Part shown: positions 20,278 through 35,442 of the stretch, one piece after another
Numbering within the stretch: the first letter of the stretch is position 1
How the letters are laid out: each line of letters begins with the position of its first letter
From: the human T2T-CHM13v2.0 reference genome, Homo sapiens
Direction: 5' to 3' (one strand)
Length of the DNA: 64,000 bases
Assembly: GCF_009914755.1 (NCBI RefSeq)
Contig: NC_060928.1
Made by a program: the position numbers and the translations under genes
The notes under the pieces: generated by a model
The model's database searches: none
Told to the model about the DNA's origin: nothing
The model's input: only the letters and a program-made list of their open reading frames with translations

Positions 20278-21269
20278 AAAATCTCTTTCTTAGTTTCTTC
20301 ATTGACCCACTGGTCATTCAAGAATTATAAATAATTTTATCTGTGGAAAGGTAGAATTATTTTCTCCTAATTTATATAAAGGATAAAACAGAAAAATGTC
20401 ATGTTTTCTGGGAAATGTACAAAAATATTATCTCTGTCTGATAGAGCAATAGGTGCCCCATATCAAAATACAGTAAAAACATATCTTCCATATTTAACTC
20501 TCAAATGAGTTTATATATTATGGTAAATAAAATTATATTTTCTCATCAATTTGCAAATAATTTTCCATTTTGGCCTCTAAAAAATAGAATTTAAATTATT
20601 TGGGACCATGCAAATATAAATATATACAAATGGTTCTGTCAGTAAATTTATCCGTGGGAAATAGAACTGTTTCTGTAAGCTATGTTTTCATAGATGTGTT
20701 TGTTTGTTTTTTAAGAAGATAACATTATAGATTTTGTATAATACACTTTTACTCAACTACTGTTTTTCACTTTGCTCTTCATTAATTTTTTCCAAACTAA
20801 GTATACAACACATTTTAAGGAACTAAGGCACAGAGAGGTTGCATTATATATTCAAACAAGTGTGAAAGAGTTGAATGTAAATTCTCTAAATGTGAAATAT
20901 AGGCTAGATTGGAGTTCTTTGGCTTAAAAAAATTAAATCTACCTTTGAACAGAACAGTTGATGGAACTTCAGTCTAGACTGGAATGACAATAATAGCTGA
21001 TTAGCTTTCCTTAGAGACTGCAAGACCAGCCGACTCTGATTACTCCCAGGGGAACCCCCAGATAAAGTCTGCATACCTCACTCCTCCTACTCTCCTACAC
21101 CCCTACTGATTTATGTTCCTTCTCCCCAGTGAATTCTCATTGTTTTCACAATGTAAAAATATTATGATGTAGTGTTTATGATATGCTGCTTTGATATATT
21201 GTGAGCCTTCATTATAGTGAAATAAAGCCTGAGAATTAGTGAATCTAGAATAAAACTGAATACCAACTG

Positions 21270-21395
21270 ATTATAATGAAGTTATAAATATACTTCCTAT
21301 TAGAGTTTATTTGAAAATAATTAAAATTGTTTGCAAAATGTCTAGCATAGGGACTAGTACAAAGTCAGTGCCCGATAGCTAAAAAGTATTGCTGT
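21270..21395 (+). mobile_element. MIR 3' fragment
   Basis: cttcctattagagtttatttgaaaataattaaa … tctagcatagggactagtacaaagtcagtgc. Confidence 0.5.
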
Positions 21396-21451
21396 TAGAA
21401 TACATTTAATCCCAGATTTGAATTAGGGATTATTAAGAAACTGCTTATTAG

Positions 21452-21763
<312 letters not shown>

Positions 21764-23065
21764 TAGAAAACATCTTAATGATTAATCAAACTTTGTTTGT
21801 TAGAACACTTCCAGTTATACATTAAAAATCCAAAAAATAATTGATATCACAAATATGTAGTGAAAGAATTTATTTAAAAAATAAACTCTTAAAAAGTAAC
21901 TCTTGAAAATAAGTTTCTACTTTAACAGTTTTCCAATTATTTTCCTTTTGTTATTCATTCGTTTTGAGTGTTAAGCTAATAATGTCAGTTTATGTGATAA
22001 TGATATACAGACAACATACTTAAATCATAAAACCAGTAACCTAATTGTTGAAGATTAATAATATGTTTATAATCATTCAAGTAGGATTATATAAATAGCT
22101 TTAGCTATTGATTAATCATGGTTGGTAAAATTTAACTCATCCATATAACTTTTACCACATTTTGAAAGTGCAGTGGAGTATGAACAATAAAGATGGAGTA
22201 TTTGCCTTTGTAGAACTTATAACACTAAGATTTTGAAACAGACCTACTTCACTTCTTGAGGAAGTAACTGCTTTTGTAATATTTATTTAAGCAAGGTTTC
22301 TTAGGTCACTGACTGTTAAATAAACCTAGTTAAATAAGAGTAATGCATGTTAAAGATTTAAGAATTCCTTACCTCACACTCTGCATTAACTTTCATTCTT
22401 TTCCAATATTTCCTCCTGCTAAGAAGTTTCAGGTTCTCAGCTGTCGCACAATATAAGAAGGATTATTATGTAACATTTTTTTCTCTGCTTCGGATAGCTT
22501 TGGAGCCAAAGATCCTTATCCTCTCTGTCCCAAATTTATATAATACTTTTATCTTCCTCATTGAGTTTATAAGAAATGATGTAAGTCTATGTATGCGAGA
22601 CTTGCATAATAATAAAAGAAGAACAGTATGAACTTAGGATATTTCAGGATAATAGTCATTTTCTTGGACTAATTATATATTAATGATGTTTGCTGGTTAA
22701 TGATACAGTATGATTGCTTTAGACCACAAGTTTTACATCTGCTATTGGGCCTAGATATATTTAGCACAGCATGAAATCAAGGTTCAGAAAAATGTGGTTG
22801 TTTGGACTAAACAGTTGATAAATGAGTAGGAATTAAAGATTGATATTCCATCTTATATTTTAGTTTAATTTTTATTATCTTGTGCTATTATTTAATAGAC
22901 TTAACCTATGACTGTCTTAGAAAATTCATTTTAGTTATGTAAGTAATACAGTCTCCTGGGAAATTCTTAGAATATTTCACCTAAGGTTAAATTCCAATTT
23001 GATCACCAAGCCAATCGCACAAGAGCATCTTTTTCCAGAAAAGTGAACAAATTTCAAATGGTCAA

Positions 23066-23500
23066 GTATCTTTTTGGATTAGGTGGGTAAAAAAGTAACA
23101 GAAAACCCCAAAATGACAGTGGCTGAAAGCAAATATAAATTCTTTTCAGTCTCATATTCAAGAAGTTCAGCTGGTGTCACTCAAGGCTGTGTTGGTATTC
23201 TGAAATATCAGGGACCCTGCTCCTCTCTTTGTTTCTCCATAATAGTGGCCTCCAACTTATGGCCAAGATGGCAGTTGGAGTTTCAGTCATTATATTGCAT
23301 TCTAGCTACAAGAAAAAAAGTACCCTTCCCTACTTTAAATACACGCCTTAGAAGGCGCAAATCATTTTCACTTGGCTCTTAATGTGCAAAAGTTAGTGAC
23401 ATGAACATAACTAGCTGCAAAGAGACTAAGAAATGTGGTCTTTATTCCAGGCTGCTACATGCCCAAGTGAAAACAGGGGCTTTCATTGTTACGGAAGAAG
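23066..23500 (-). mobile_element. Old MLT1 (J/K-like) LTR
   Basis: gtaacagaaaacccc … cagtggctgaaa … ccaagatggcag … ctagctgcaaagagactaagaaatgtggtctttattc. Confidence 0.6.
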
Positions 23501-24104
23501 GGGGAACAGTGTCTGCCATAGTTAAGTGTCCAGGGACAGTAAGAATTCTATTGCCTATTACCTTATTTTCTTGTCCAGCCCAGATATCTGCTGAAAACCT
23601 CGGCCATTAGCAAGAGAGTCACGCTTAGCAAAATATTAAGAGTCCCATCCTTACTAGTGAATGATGCCTAAAAATCTATTTTTCTGGCATTTTGTATCTG
23701 ATAGATCAGGGATAATTTTGATTTTCTTTGGAACTTTCATAAAGATCCACTTCCAGGAATAGTTATAACAACAGCAATAAAACAGTAAGTTGCAAAATAT
23801 ATAATAAAATGAAAAACTGACCACATGATACTATATATATTTTAATCAGTACACAAATATATAGATACATTGTAGACATATATCTATATATAATTTAAAA
23901 AACCTTGAAGGCTACAGGCAAAACTGATGTGATCATTACCTTTTGTGCTGTGGGATCAGGGCTGATGATCAAATTGGACTTTATCTGTAAAGCTCTAAAA
24001 ATTTACAGCAAAATAAGCTATGCTTGGGAAGGTAGTGGGAGTAGGAAGTAGACATATTTTGTGGAAACTCTTAGGAATTCTGTAGTACCCTAACTGTATA
24101 GTCA

Positions 24105-24505
24105 TTGTATCAATTACAGGTTTTTATTGTGAGCAACAGAAACCAATTCTAATGAACAAAATCAAAAAGGGAATTGGAAGAGCACTGATTATCATAGATT
24201 CAAAGACAAAGTTGAATAAGACTGTAGTAGGAAGTAAGGGTAGCCACTATAACTCAGCTACCTTTCATTCTTGTGTCTCTGTTAAAGATTTACATTCTCA
24301 TGAGGTGAAATGACATTGACAAAGCTTGAGGTGTATTCATTAGCTGAGGTTTGGGAGGTGGGAGTTCTAAGTAATTGGGTACCTTGATTCTACTAAGGCA
24401 AAGAGCGTGGAAAAGACTGTTGCCCAAGTGAAAGTTAGGGTTGTGTTGCCAATAAAAAGGAAGAAACAATATTAGGAGGCAAAAGCAATAGATGTCTACA
24501 ACTGT
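24105..24505 (-). mobile_element. Old MLT1 LTR
   Basis: tgtatcaattacagg … gcaacagaaaccaattcta … aggcaaaagcaatagatgtctaca. Confidence 0.55.
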
Positions 24506-24782
24506 CACAGAAGACTAAATCTATTGACACTTCCTTCCTTCAACTGTAATTTTTAGGATGCTCTGTGGGTATGTAGGGGAAGGTTTGGTTTTGAAGCTAG
24601 GATTAGTGATTTTAATTCTCAAAAGAGCCTTTACTTGGTTACACTACAGTGAACCAAGTTAACAAATTTTCTGTACTATCAGAATTTGCTCAGAAATTCT
24701 TTTCTTTCCTGCTCTTATTTTCTGAGCAATCTAGTCTCAACCTTTGTTGGTTATGCTATAGGAAGCTATGAGTGTCTGAGCT

Positions 24783-25135
24783 ACTGTTCACAAATATTTA
24801 CTAAAAATTCCTAGACAGGATTGTATTTTCTCACCCCATTGATTTCAAGGTTGGCCATAGCACTTGCTTTGGCTGAGAAAATATGAGTAGAAGTTATATG
24901 TGTTACTTTTAAGCAGAAGCTCTAAGAGACAATGTGTGGCTATGTTCTCTTTTTCCTCTGCACAATAACAAAAGATGGTTCAGATAGAAGATGTTTCATC
25001 AGTGTCTCAGTCCCCCAAGATGAAGAGCCGCAGTAAACCTGCTATTTATGCATATTATTATTGAGAAGTAATCTCTTGCAATTTTAAACCACTGAGATTT
25101 GGGCCATTGGTTACTACAGTATAACCTAACCACTG
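24783..25135 (+). mobile_element. MLT1 (H/I/J-like) LTR
   Basis: ccccattgatt … ggccatagcacttgctttggc … ttttaaaccactgagatttggg … gttactacagtataacctaacc. Confidence 0.7.
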
Positions 25136-25491
25136 TTGCTTTATGTACTTGTAAAATGAATTCTCTGTTCAAATTTCACAGAGAATTTCCAACAGACTGT
25201 GGTTTTTAAAACAGACCATAAGCAGGAAATTAGGTAGAAGCTGGATAAGTGATTAGAAGCTTATCCTGTGAGCAGTAGAAAATATGTAGATTTTCTAAAC
25301 AAGCAACTGACAAAATTACTTTTCTGTTTTAAACATTTAATATTAAAATAGTACATAGTACATATCGTAACATGGAACACTCACTTTTGGACAGAACAGT
25401 GAATTAAAGAAATTCTCAAATATCTGATTCTCTCCTTTGGTACTAATTAGTAGTTATTTTCCATGTATATTTAGGTTTTTTATTATTAAGT

Positions 25492-25513
25492 GATATATAT
25501 ATAGATATTAAGT

Positions 25514-25550
<37 letters not shown>
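25492..25550. repeat. (TA)n microsatellite
   Basis: Directly visible; longest pure run at about 25517-25550. Confidence 0.95.
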
Positions 25551-25552
<2 letters not shown>

Positions 25553-25689
25553 CAAGCTGAGGAAGATAAAGCCAGAAAAGCAAAAGCAGACAAGTTATGA
25601 TCAATTTAAAGAGCTACATTTCTAGATCAATAACATAAACAGTAGGTTGCAATGATTTAACCTAGTAGTAATTGCTCCTTAACTCTTTG

Positions 25690-26515
25690 CAAAAAGCAAT
25701 CACTAGGTGTATTTTATCTCTTAAATATTTCCCAAATCTATCATTTCCTTCCTATCCTTACCATCACTTCTTTAAATCAGATATTCATCATCTCTTTCTA
25801 AAGGTTTGTGATAGTCCCTTAATTAATCCCTGCAGTGTTGCTCTCCTACAGGCTACCTTTTTCAAAGTTGCTGAATACTGTTTCTAAAACACAGATTTGA
25901 TTATCTTGCTTCCTTGCATTAGACCCTTTTGGTTCAACGCTTTCTGGTAGCATGAGCACACAAACCTTCCCTGAAAGGGGTTGTAAGAATGAGTTCTAAG
26001 ACCAGACTCTACTATCTGGACTTACTAAATATTTATAACAATATGTTTATTATAATGTTAACTTCTATTAATATTACCTGGTTTCTCTCTCAATTCTTGT
26101 GTTTACTCTCTGTTTTGCCATTACCCGATTGCCTTGCAATTTTACATTTGAATTTCTTTATTCCTTTGTATTTACTGATAACTCTCTCCTTCCACCCCAC
26201 AAACTGATTAATACTATCTCAAGTTTTAACATTAAGTTCAAGAATAATTGGTTTTAAATTTGAGATTAAGTGACTTTTCATTGAATAAGATACTTCTTTT
26301 ATGAACTCCTCTGATACTCGGTCTATATCTCTGTTATTCCAGTTATCACATGGTATGACATTATGTTTATATATCTGGTTTATGTATCTGTTTACCTCTA
26401 TGAGACCATAGTCAACTTGAGAGCAGGAACTATGTCTTGTGCATCATTGTGCCCTGATACAGTTACTGGTTCATAGCAGACACATAATGAAAAAGTTTGT
26501 GGAATATGTAAGAAA
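25690..26515 (+). mobile_element. L2 3' region fragments
   Basis: Pyrimidine-rich L2 body ending cttgagagcaggaactatgtcttg … tggttcatagcagacacataatgaaaaagtttgtggaat. Confidence 0.6.
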
Positions 26516-27153
26516 TTGCTAAATAAAGAAAATAGTATTATTTCACAAATCACTCTTGAACTCACTATTATGTGGTTCAGTTTTGCTTGATTGAGATCTT
26601 TGTGATACATTTCTTTTAAAATATATTTCCAGAGAATGATATTTTTTGAATTCTTGATGCTTCCTTTCATCTGACAAAGATAGGTCAACCTAGTTTCGTT
26701 TCCTGCCTTGATTATCTCTACTCATAGAGCTAAAATTAATGCTCTACTCCAGTAACTGCATAGCATAGGTGTCTAGTATTTTAATTTCCTTAAATTAATA
26801 AACTGTACTAAAGTTATAGGCAATTTAAAATTTTTGTGAGAAGTGAGCCATACGAACATGTTGACTTTTCATGATATGTTAAAAAAGAACGAAATGGGCA
26901 TGTAAATGAAATTATATCTGCCATGAGTCTTGATATGGATATATTATTTAAAGGCTTGATTCCAAGTGTTTATAAATAAAGACTCTATTACTATATACAA
27001 TTAAATTGAGGAATCTAGTAGATCATGATTTTATTTATATGGTTTTCATGTTGCAAGGAAATTGTCACTTAAAGAAGCATTGTTGTTGGCTCCAGAGTGT
27101 TGGAAACATATTTGTTATCTAATATATTATAACTGAAGATCTGCCTTTTACAG

Positions 27154-27244
27154 GACGCTAACAAGTGCTGGTAAAGACCTACAAGATAATTTTCTGACGG
27201 CCCTGGCAATGAGAGAAGAAGACAATCGCAGTGGAAAACTGAGT
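27154..27244 (+). CDS. CFAP299: Internal coding exon (91 nt, phase 2 to 0; probably exon 3) of cilia- and flagella-associated protein 299
   Basis: Acceptor ctgccttttacag, donor AGT|gtaagt. One base plus 30 codons gives [30 protein letters not shown], matching my recollection of CFAP299/C4orf22 (…[41 protein letters not shown]…). Confidence 0.95.
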
Positions 27245-28559
27245 GTAAGTACATTTCATCCAACAGCTTAAAATGTATACACTAAATGCACAATTAATAT
27301 TAAAAAATGTAACATTAAATATCTTTCTTAAAGTAATTTACAAGATATAAAATATGATTCCTCTTTATTAATTATATATTATAGGAATATACATAGAAAG
27401 TTAAAAATTATCATTTACATCTCTAGAAGTAGCCAAATAGTTAAAAAGAAAAAGGATTCTAAACATTCATTGCAGAGAAAATGCCTATGCATGGCAGAAT
27501 GGTTCTTTAACCTGGGTAAACCCTCCTGCTTCTTTTAAACTTAACCTCTTCTTACATTCTCCCAAGTTGCATCACCCACTGACCCTAAGTTTTGTCCCCT
27601 GATTTTATGTGACTTCTAGAATATAGTACCATAGTCTGCCTTTTAGTCCTACCTTGGAAGATGGGATACAAATCACGTAGTAGAAGAACTGTGTTATCAT
27701 TATTATTTTGAATGATCCAAGGAGAATATACTTTTACTTTATTAAAATGTGTGCTATATCAAATATGTAGAGAATGCGAATATTATTTGGAATAAAGATT
27801 TACTTTCACACTTTGTTAATATGATATTTGTGATAACAGTCTTTGTAAGTCTTAACATGTTCCAAATCAAATTTAATAGAAAAGGCAAATATTCATGCTA
27901 AAACTGTAGTAAGTGACTGACTTACAGAAAAATAATCAGAAATAGTGTGATAAAAAATTTAGAGCAACAGAAAAATATGTATATAAGGAGATCTATTCTA
28001 CCAATATTTTCTCAATAAAAAATTTGGAGTTTTTCCCACTATCAGGTCCACTGAAAATATCACATGCAGGCAAAACCCTCAATGTAGTTCAGAGAGAGAA
28101 AAAAATCATACCATGTTTAGTTAATAGAATAGAATTAACCCCGACTTAAAATAAGGGAAAATTTCTTGTAGGAAGTAGGCTGACAGAGGTTTTAAAAGGG
28201 TGAGGATGGAAATATGGGCAGAGACTAGACTTTGGACAGCTTTAGTAATCACAGCAGAAAAGTCTGAATGAATATATGAGCTATTACGAATGCATTTTCT
28301 CAGAAATGTCAATGGAAAAGTTATAGAAATTAAATATTTAAACGAGGCTAAGACTAGGACATAATTTAATCTCCAGAAATGTTGCAATAGGAATGGTAGA
28401 ATTGCAGAGGATGCTTTAATGAAGATGTACATCTTAAGAGTATTTCATGTATGTGATAGAGACTAAGGAAAATGTTAGAGGTCAAGATGTGGTAATTGAA
28501 GAAAATACTAGTTAAAAATTAGAGAGGTAAAATGGATTATTTTGAGACAATAATTTCCA

Positions 28560-30000
28560 ATTTCTTTCCAGACTACTCTGAGGTATTTACAGAGCAGATC
28601 AACCTGTTTTATTTCCTTCCTTGGTGTCTGTGATATAGTTATCTTATAGTTTTTCTACTTTCTTCTGACTTTTTAACTCAATCTCTTTCTTGGGCGGATC
28701 ATCTTATACCTCCAGTTGACCTGTATCTCTTCTACTATACACATTTTCCCTTAGTGAATCAACAAAACCCATGAGCCTACTGATTCTGTTTCCTGCTACA
28801 AAAACAGAAACCTAGATTTTTTTTCATCTATTAATTATGTTTTTTCACTTAGTCGTTAAACAGGTAGTGATAAGTGGCTCTATATGAGGCATCGTACTAA
28901 CTGCTTGGGATACAATGGGTGGCAAGTGCTTATGGAGCTTACAGTTGTTTGGGGCAGAAAATGAATAATCAAATAATCATTATTTGTATAGAAATAAAGC
29001 CAAAATGCAATGTGACAGGTGCTATGGAGGAAAAACATAAAAATCTCTGATTGTGTGAAAGTGGGTAGAGGATGATATAATCAGATTTTCAGACAGAAAA
29101 CATCAGTGTGCCTTTAGTATAGGGAATAAATTATAGAAAGGATAAAGCGGATGCCAGCAGATGCACTGCAAAATCAGATGAAGAGAAATGATTTGAGAGC
29201 TATTTAGAAGGCAAATTTGGCAGGATGCTGTGATAGGATATAGTTAAGGAAGGGATAGAAAGAAAGAGGGTAGTCTTTGGAGATAGATAGATGGTACTGC
29301 CACTCTGAAATGTAGTGTACTAAAAGATCAGAAGTAGGGCACAGAGATCATGTGTTTGATTTTGAACATACTGAATTTGATTTGTTTTTGACAAAAGAAT
29401 ATGTTCAGATGTTAAGAAGCTGGAGAAAAAGATCTGAACTCTACTCCAAAGTTTACCTCCATATTGCTATCCCTCAAATGCTCAACATTTGCTCTATTAC
29501 TAAGTTATTTTTTTCCTTTTCCACTTATCAGATCTCACATCCATTTGGTCACCAACCCTGGTCAATTTTACTTGGTAAATAATTCTCAAATAAATGTGGG
29601 AGAGGAGGCAATGAAGCCAAAGAGATGGGCAACAGCCAGGTCTAAGGGCTATGTTGCTGTGCTCAGTAGTGTGGACAGAGCTACTGAGATGAAGGTGATG
29701 AATGTCCTTAAAATAATGTATACAAATGGTTAATGTGATCAGACATGCAACTTAAGAGTACACTGGCAGCAGTATATGGGGATAAGTGTGTCTCCATAGA
29801 GATAGGGAATGATATATAAGACAGGGAGGTCAACTGAGAGGCCATTGTAACAGTTCAGGCAATACATAATAGATGCATAATAGAAGCCTGGGATAAATAA
29901 ATGACAGAATGAATGGGAAGATAAAGATAGATTGAGTGATTACTTAGGAGATAAAATCTGGAAACCATGTGCTTGTTTTTATGTAAGAAATAGTGATTTG
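28560..30000. mobile_element. Cluster of L2 fragments (about 28560-28800 on +, about 28845-30000 mostly on -)
   Basis: gcttgggatacaatg … tatggagcttacagtt … aggtgctatggag … gagaggccattgtaacagttcaggc … ttaggagataaaatc are reverse L2 motifs. Confidence 0.6.
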
Positions 30001-30077
30001 TAGGATTCAGTGGAGAGTGAGCAGCTGATAATAATTTTAATAATGGAAAGACATATAATCCTGGCTTTAGAGGATTT

Positions 30078-30312
30078 AGTATAGTTCAGTGATTAAAAAA
30101 CAGATTTTTGAGGTAGACAGTAACTAGACTGAAGTTCCAGACTCACTGCCTACCAAGTATTATGGATTTCAAAAGGACATTACTGTATTTTCTAAGCCAC
30201 AATTTCCTTCTTTGTAAGGTGGGAATTAAAAGAGTAACCTCATCTTAATATTTATTATTGAAAATATAGATTAAATATTTGTCACACTGTATGATACATG
30301 ACAACTATTTAA
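30078..30312 (+). mobile_element. MIR
   Basis: agtatagttcagtgattaaaa … ctaagccacaatttccttctttgtaaggtgggaat. Confidence 0.65.
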
Positions 30313-31424
30313 TATATAATAAATTTTATAATAAAGGAGTGTTATAACTGCTAAAGCTATAATTGTGAATAAAATAGATATAGAAAATATGCAATACTTT
30401 TGCTGCTAGTCTTTAAGGAAAACATTGATTGGATTTGAATTTCTCTTTAGAAAAGATAGTTGAAACAGTTCTTTGAGACAAACAGTTGCTTATAGATTTT
30501 ATTAGAGATGTAAAGATTGTTGATCAATGTAAGATATTATAGCTATCAGAATATTTTTTAAAGAAACACTATAGATTTTTTTAGTGTTGTAGGAACGACT
30601 GTCCATTTTAACTTATAGTCTGTGCAAACCGCTTTACTATTTGCCAAAAACAAAGATGTATAGAACATGGGTCCTCCCTATAGTGCTTCTAATATAATAG
30701 GATTATGTAATTCTTTCTAGTGAACAAGCAGCTGGGAGAGGAGATAATTATTTTTCAAATGGTAGTAAACTAAGAATCCCTGATTTGTTGAGTGAAAAAA
30801 AATAAAACATTTCCTTTCTAATCAAAGACTCATGAAGATTATAATGAGAGGTCACATGCTGTTCGGGGTGGGAAAAGTGAGACCCATTGACACTTATTTT
30901 CCCACTGAATGTTGACTATGTAAACAGTCACATGGATGACTAGTTTTGGCTTTGAAATATGCATTATTGAAGCTAGTAAAAAAACATTGCCTACAGCTTT
31001 TCCTTCAGAGTCATTCAAAGAAACCACTGTACCTGGGTCAGGAAAACCTATGAATTAGGTGGTTCCTAATATACCCATTTCCTGTGTTGAAATCTCTATG
31101 AAACATAAGATTGCGTTGTATATGACCAATAACATTGTGCTGACATGATCTTTTCCCTCCTTCCTATTTTCCAACTTTTATAAAATGTTCCCTTTAAAGA
31201 AAATGAAGGTATTATACAGATGTTTATTTCTTTTTTAATAGAATTCATGCTTGTCCACTAATAAACCCTTATGGAAATTATATGACTCACACAATCTTAC
31301 CCTCATTTTAAATAAATTACATCAACGTTTGGGGGAAAATGTATATCAACATTTATTTCACCAGAAAAACTATAGCTGGATAGATCTTTAATTTCCTTAT
31401 TTCCTGGATAAAAATTTGATACAG

Positions 31425-31650
31425 AGGCAGTGAGAAGTGCAGGAAAGAGCGAAGGTTATGGAGTCATCTTATCTGAGTTTGAATCTTGGATTTTCTACTT
31501 ATCACAAGCTGAAGACACATTTCTCAACTCAACACAGCCTGAGTTTCCCCACCCAAAGTATGGGGATAATAATTTTCACACTGCTGAGATATTTATAGAA
31601 TAAAATTATATAATGTGTAAAGCACATCTAAGCCTAAAACTTGGTAGGTG
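31425..31650 (+). mobile_element. MIR, interrupted at its 3' end by an AluJ
   Basis: atctgagtttgaatcttgg … gcctgagtttccc … tggggataataa … aatgtgtaaagcacatcta; resumes tgttcaataaa at about 31938. Confidence 0.7.
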
Positions 31651-31651
31651 G

Positions 31652-31925
31652 TTTTTTTTCTTTTCTTTTCTGAGACAGTGCCTTGCTCTGTTGCCCAGGT
31701 TGGAGCGCAGTGGTACCATCATGGCTCACTGCAGCCAAGATCTCCTGGGCTCAAGTATCCTCCCACCTCAGCCTCCTGAAAAGCTGAAACTACCAGCATG
31801 TGTCACCACACCCAGCTAATTTTTTTATTATTTGTAGGGACAGGGTTTCCCTATTTTGCCCAGGCTAGTCTTGAACACCTGGGCTCAAGTTATCCTCTTG
31901 CCTGGGCCTCCCAAAGTGCAGGCTA
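31652..31925 (-). mobile_element. AluJ element
   Basis: Reverse Alu with J-type features (catcatggctcactgcagcc, ctcctgggctcaag in both arms). Confidence 0.9.
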
Positions 31926-31961
31926 CTGCATTATGGATGTTCAATAAAGCATAAATACCAT

Positions 31962-32410
31962 GTGTTATGTTAGGTCAGGTTCCCTAAAAGCAGAGCATAG
32001 GATGCCAATTTTAGTGCAAGCGATTTATTGAGAAAGTTCTCTCATCTAAAACCTGTTGTGGCATGATGGAAGCATGATACTATAGAGGAAGAAGCTAGGC
32101 AGAGATGTGGTTTCAGTTGAAATCTAGTCTTAGTCTGATCTCACAGAGAGCTCTGGAATATGAGAGATTGTTCTGCCTGCGGCAAGGTGAATTTGCTTGT
32201 ATACATTTCCTTCCCCATTCCTCTCTCCATCAATTAATCATCAGCTGTCACAGAGGTGGGAGATGGAGAAGTGGCTCCTGTCAGCTAAGGACAGTCCTTT
32301 CAAGGAGGGTACAGGTGGGAACCATTAGCTTTTAACACCTGCAGGTCTGGAGCTGGGTGCATCTGCCTGGGAAATGAGATCTAAGAGGGACACTACCAAC
32401 ATCCACTGCA
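31962..32410 (-). mobile_element. ERVL LTR16-family solo LTR
   Basis: tgttaggtcaggttccctaaaagcagag … gtgcaagcgatttattgag; the far end reads tgcagtggatgttg on the minus strand, like LTR16 starts. Confidence 0.65.
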
Positions 32411-32834
32411 GTGCTCTAGAACTACAGATGCTAAAGCTTAGTTCTAGCCATTTTAGGGAAAAAAAAAGTATGTCATTGTTTCAATAATGTAATCTTATGT
32501 AAGCAAAACATAATTTTATTTAGGTATTTAATCAATCATTTTATATGAAAATTTAATGACATCTTTAGTGTTACATACCTGACATGAAACATAGCCATTT
32601 GAATTAAAATAAAATGTATTTGGTCATTTACAAATGACCAAAAGCCCAAATATGATTTGGTGTCCAAAAATTTTACATGTGTAATAAAAAGCTTTCCCAG
32701 TTAAATCTTATGTCTGCTAGTACATGTCCCATATATAATTCATGCTGTGTTTTTTGAACTGACAGAATCAAGACAGCCAATTATACTTAATTAAGACAAT
32801 TAAAAAATGATAATAATAATGATTATAATTTCAG

Positions 32835-33380
32835 CAATAGCTAACATATATTAAAAGCTTACCAAGTACTGGGCATTTTTCATAAGTGCTTTATATCCTT
32901 GAACTCTTAATATTTACTACATATATGAAATAGGCATTATTTTTATATCCACTTTATAGATGAGAATTTTGAGGCACGAAGAGGTTGAACATCTTATCCA
33001 GGTTTATATAACTGGTTAGTGAGTGACTTAAATTCAAATCTAGGCAGTCTGGCTCCAGAGTCTGATTCTTAACCAGTATGCAAATGAACAAAATTGCCCT
33101 TCAGAGAGCATATTACTTATGACAGTGGGGTGTTAGCTCAGAAGTATCAGATAAAACTGATGTTAATAACAACAGTAGATACATTAGTAGCTTGTATTGC
33201 ATGACCATCACTGCTCTAAGCACTTTATATGTTAACTCAATTACTCCTGATTTATATCTTTATTTCTGGGTGACAAAACAAGCCACAGAGAGGTTAAATA
33301 TTTTGCCCAGTGTTCATGGTAAAACTCATGTTTAAACTCAAGCAATCTGGGTCCAGATTCTGGGCTCATTAACCATTGAG
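32835..33380 (-). mobile_element. Two MIR copies (about 32835-33080 and 33165-33380)
   Basis: ccactttatagatgagaattttgaggcacgaagaggttgaac … ggcagtctggctccagag; gccacagagaggttaaatattttgccc. Confidence 0.8.
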
Positions 33381-33439
33381 CCCCCAAAGAAAGACACTCA
33401 TCCATGGAAAACATGAATATTACTTCCATGTGATTAGTT

Positions 33440-35125
<1,686 letters not shown>

Positions 35126-35162
35126 CATACATGGAAGCAAGAAACAGATTATAATACTTTAG

Positions 35163-35442
<280 letters not shown>

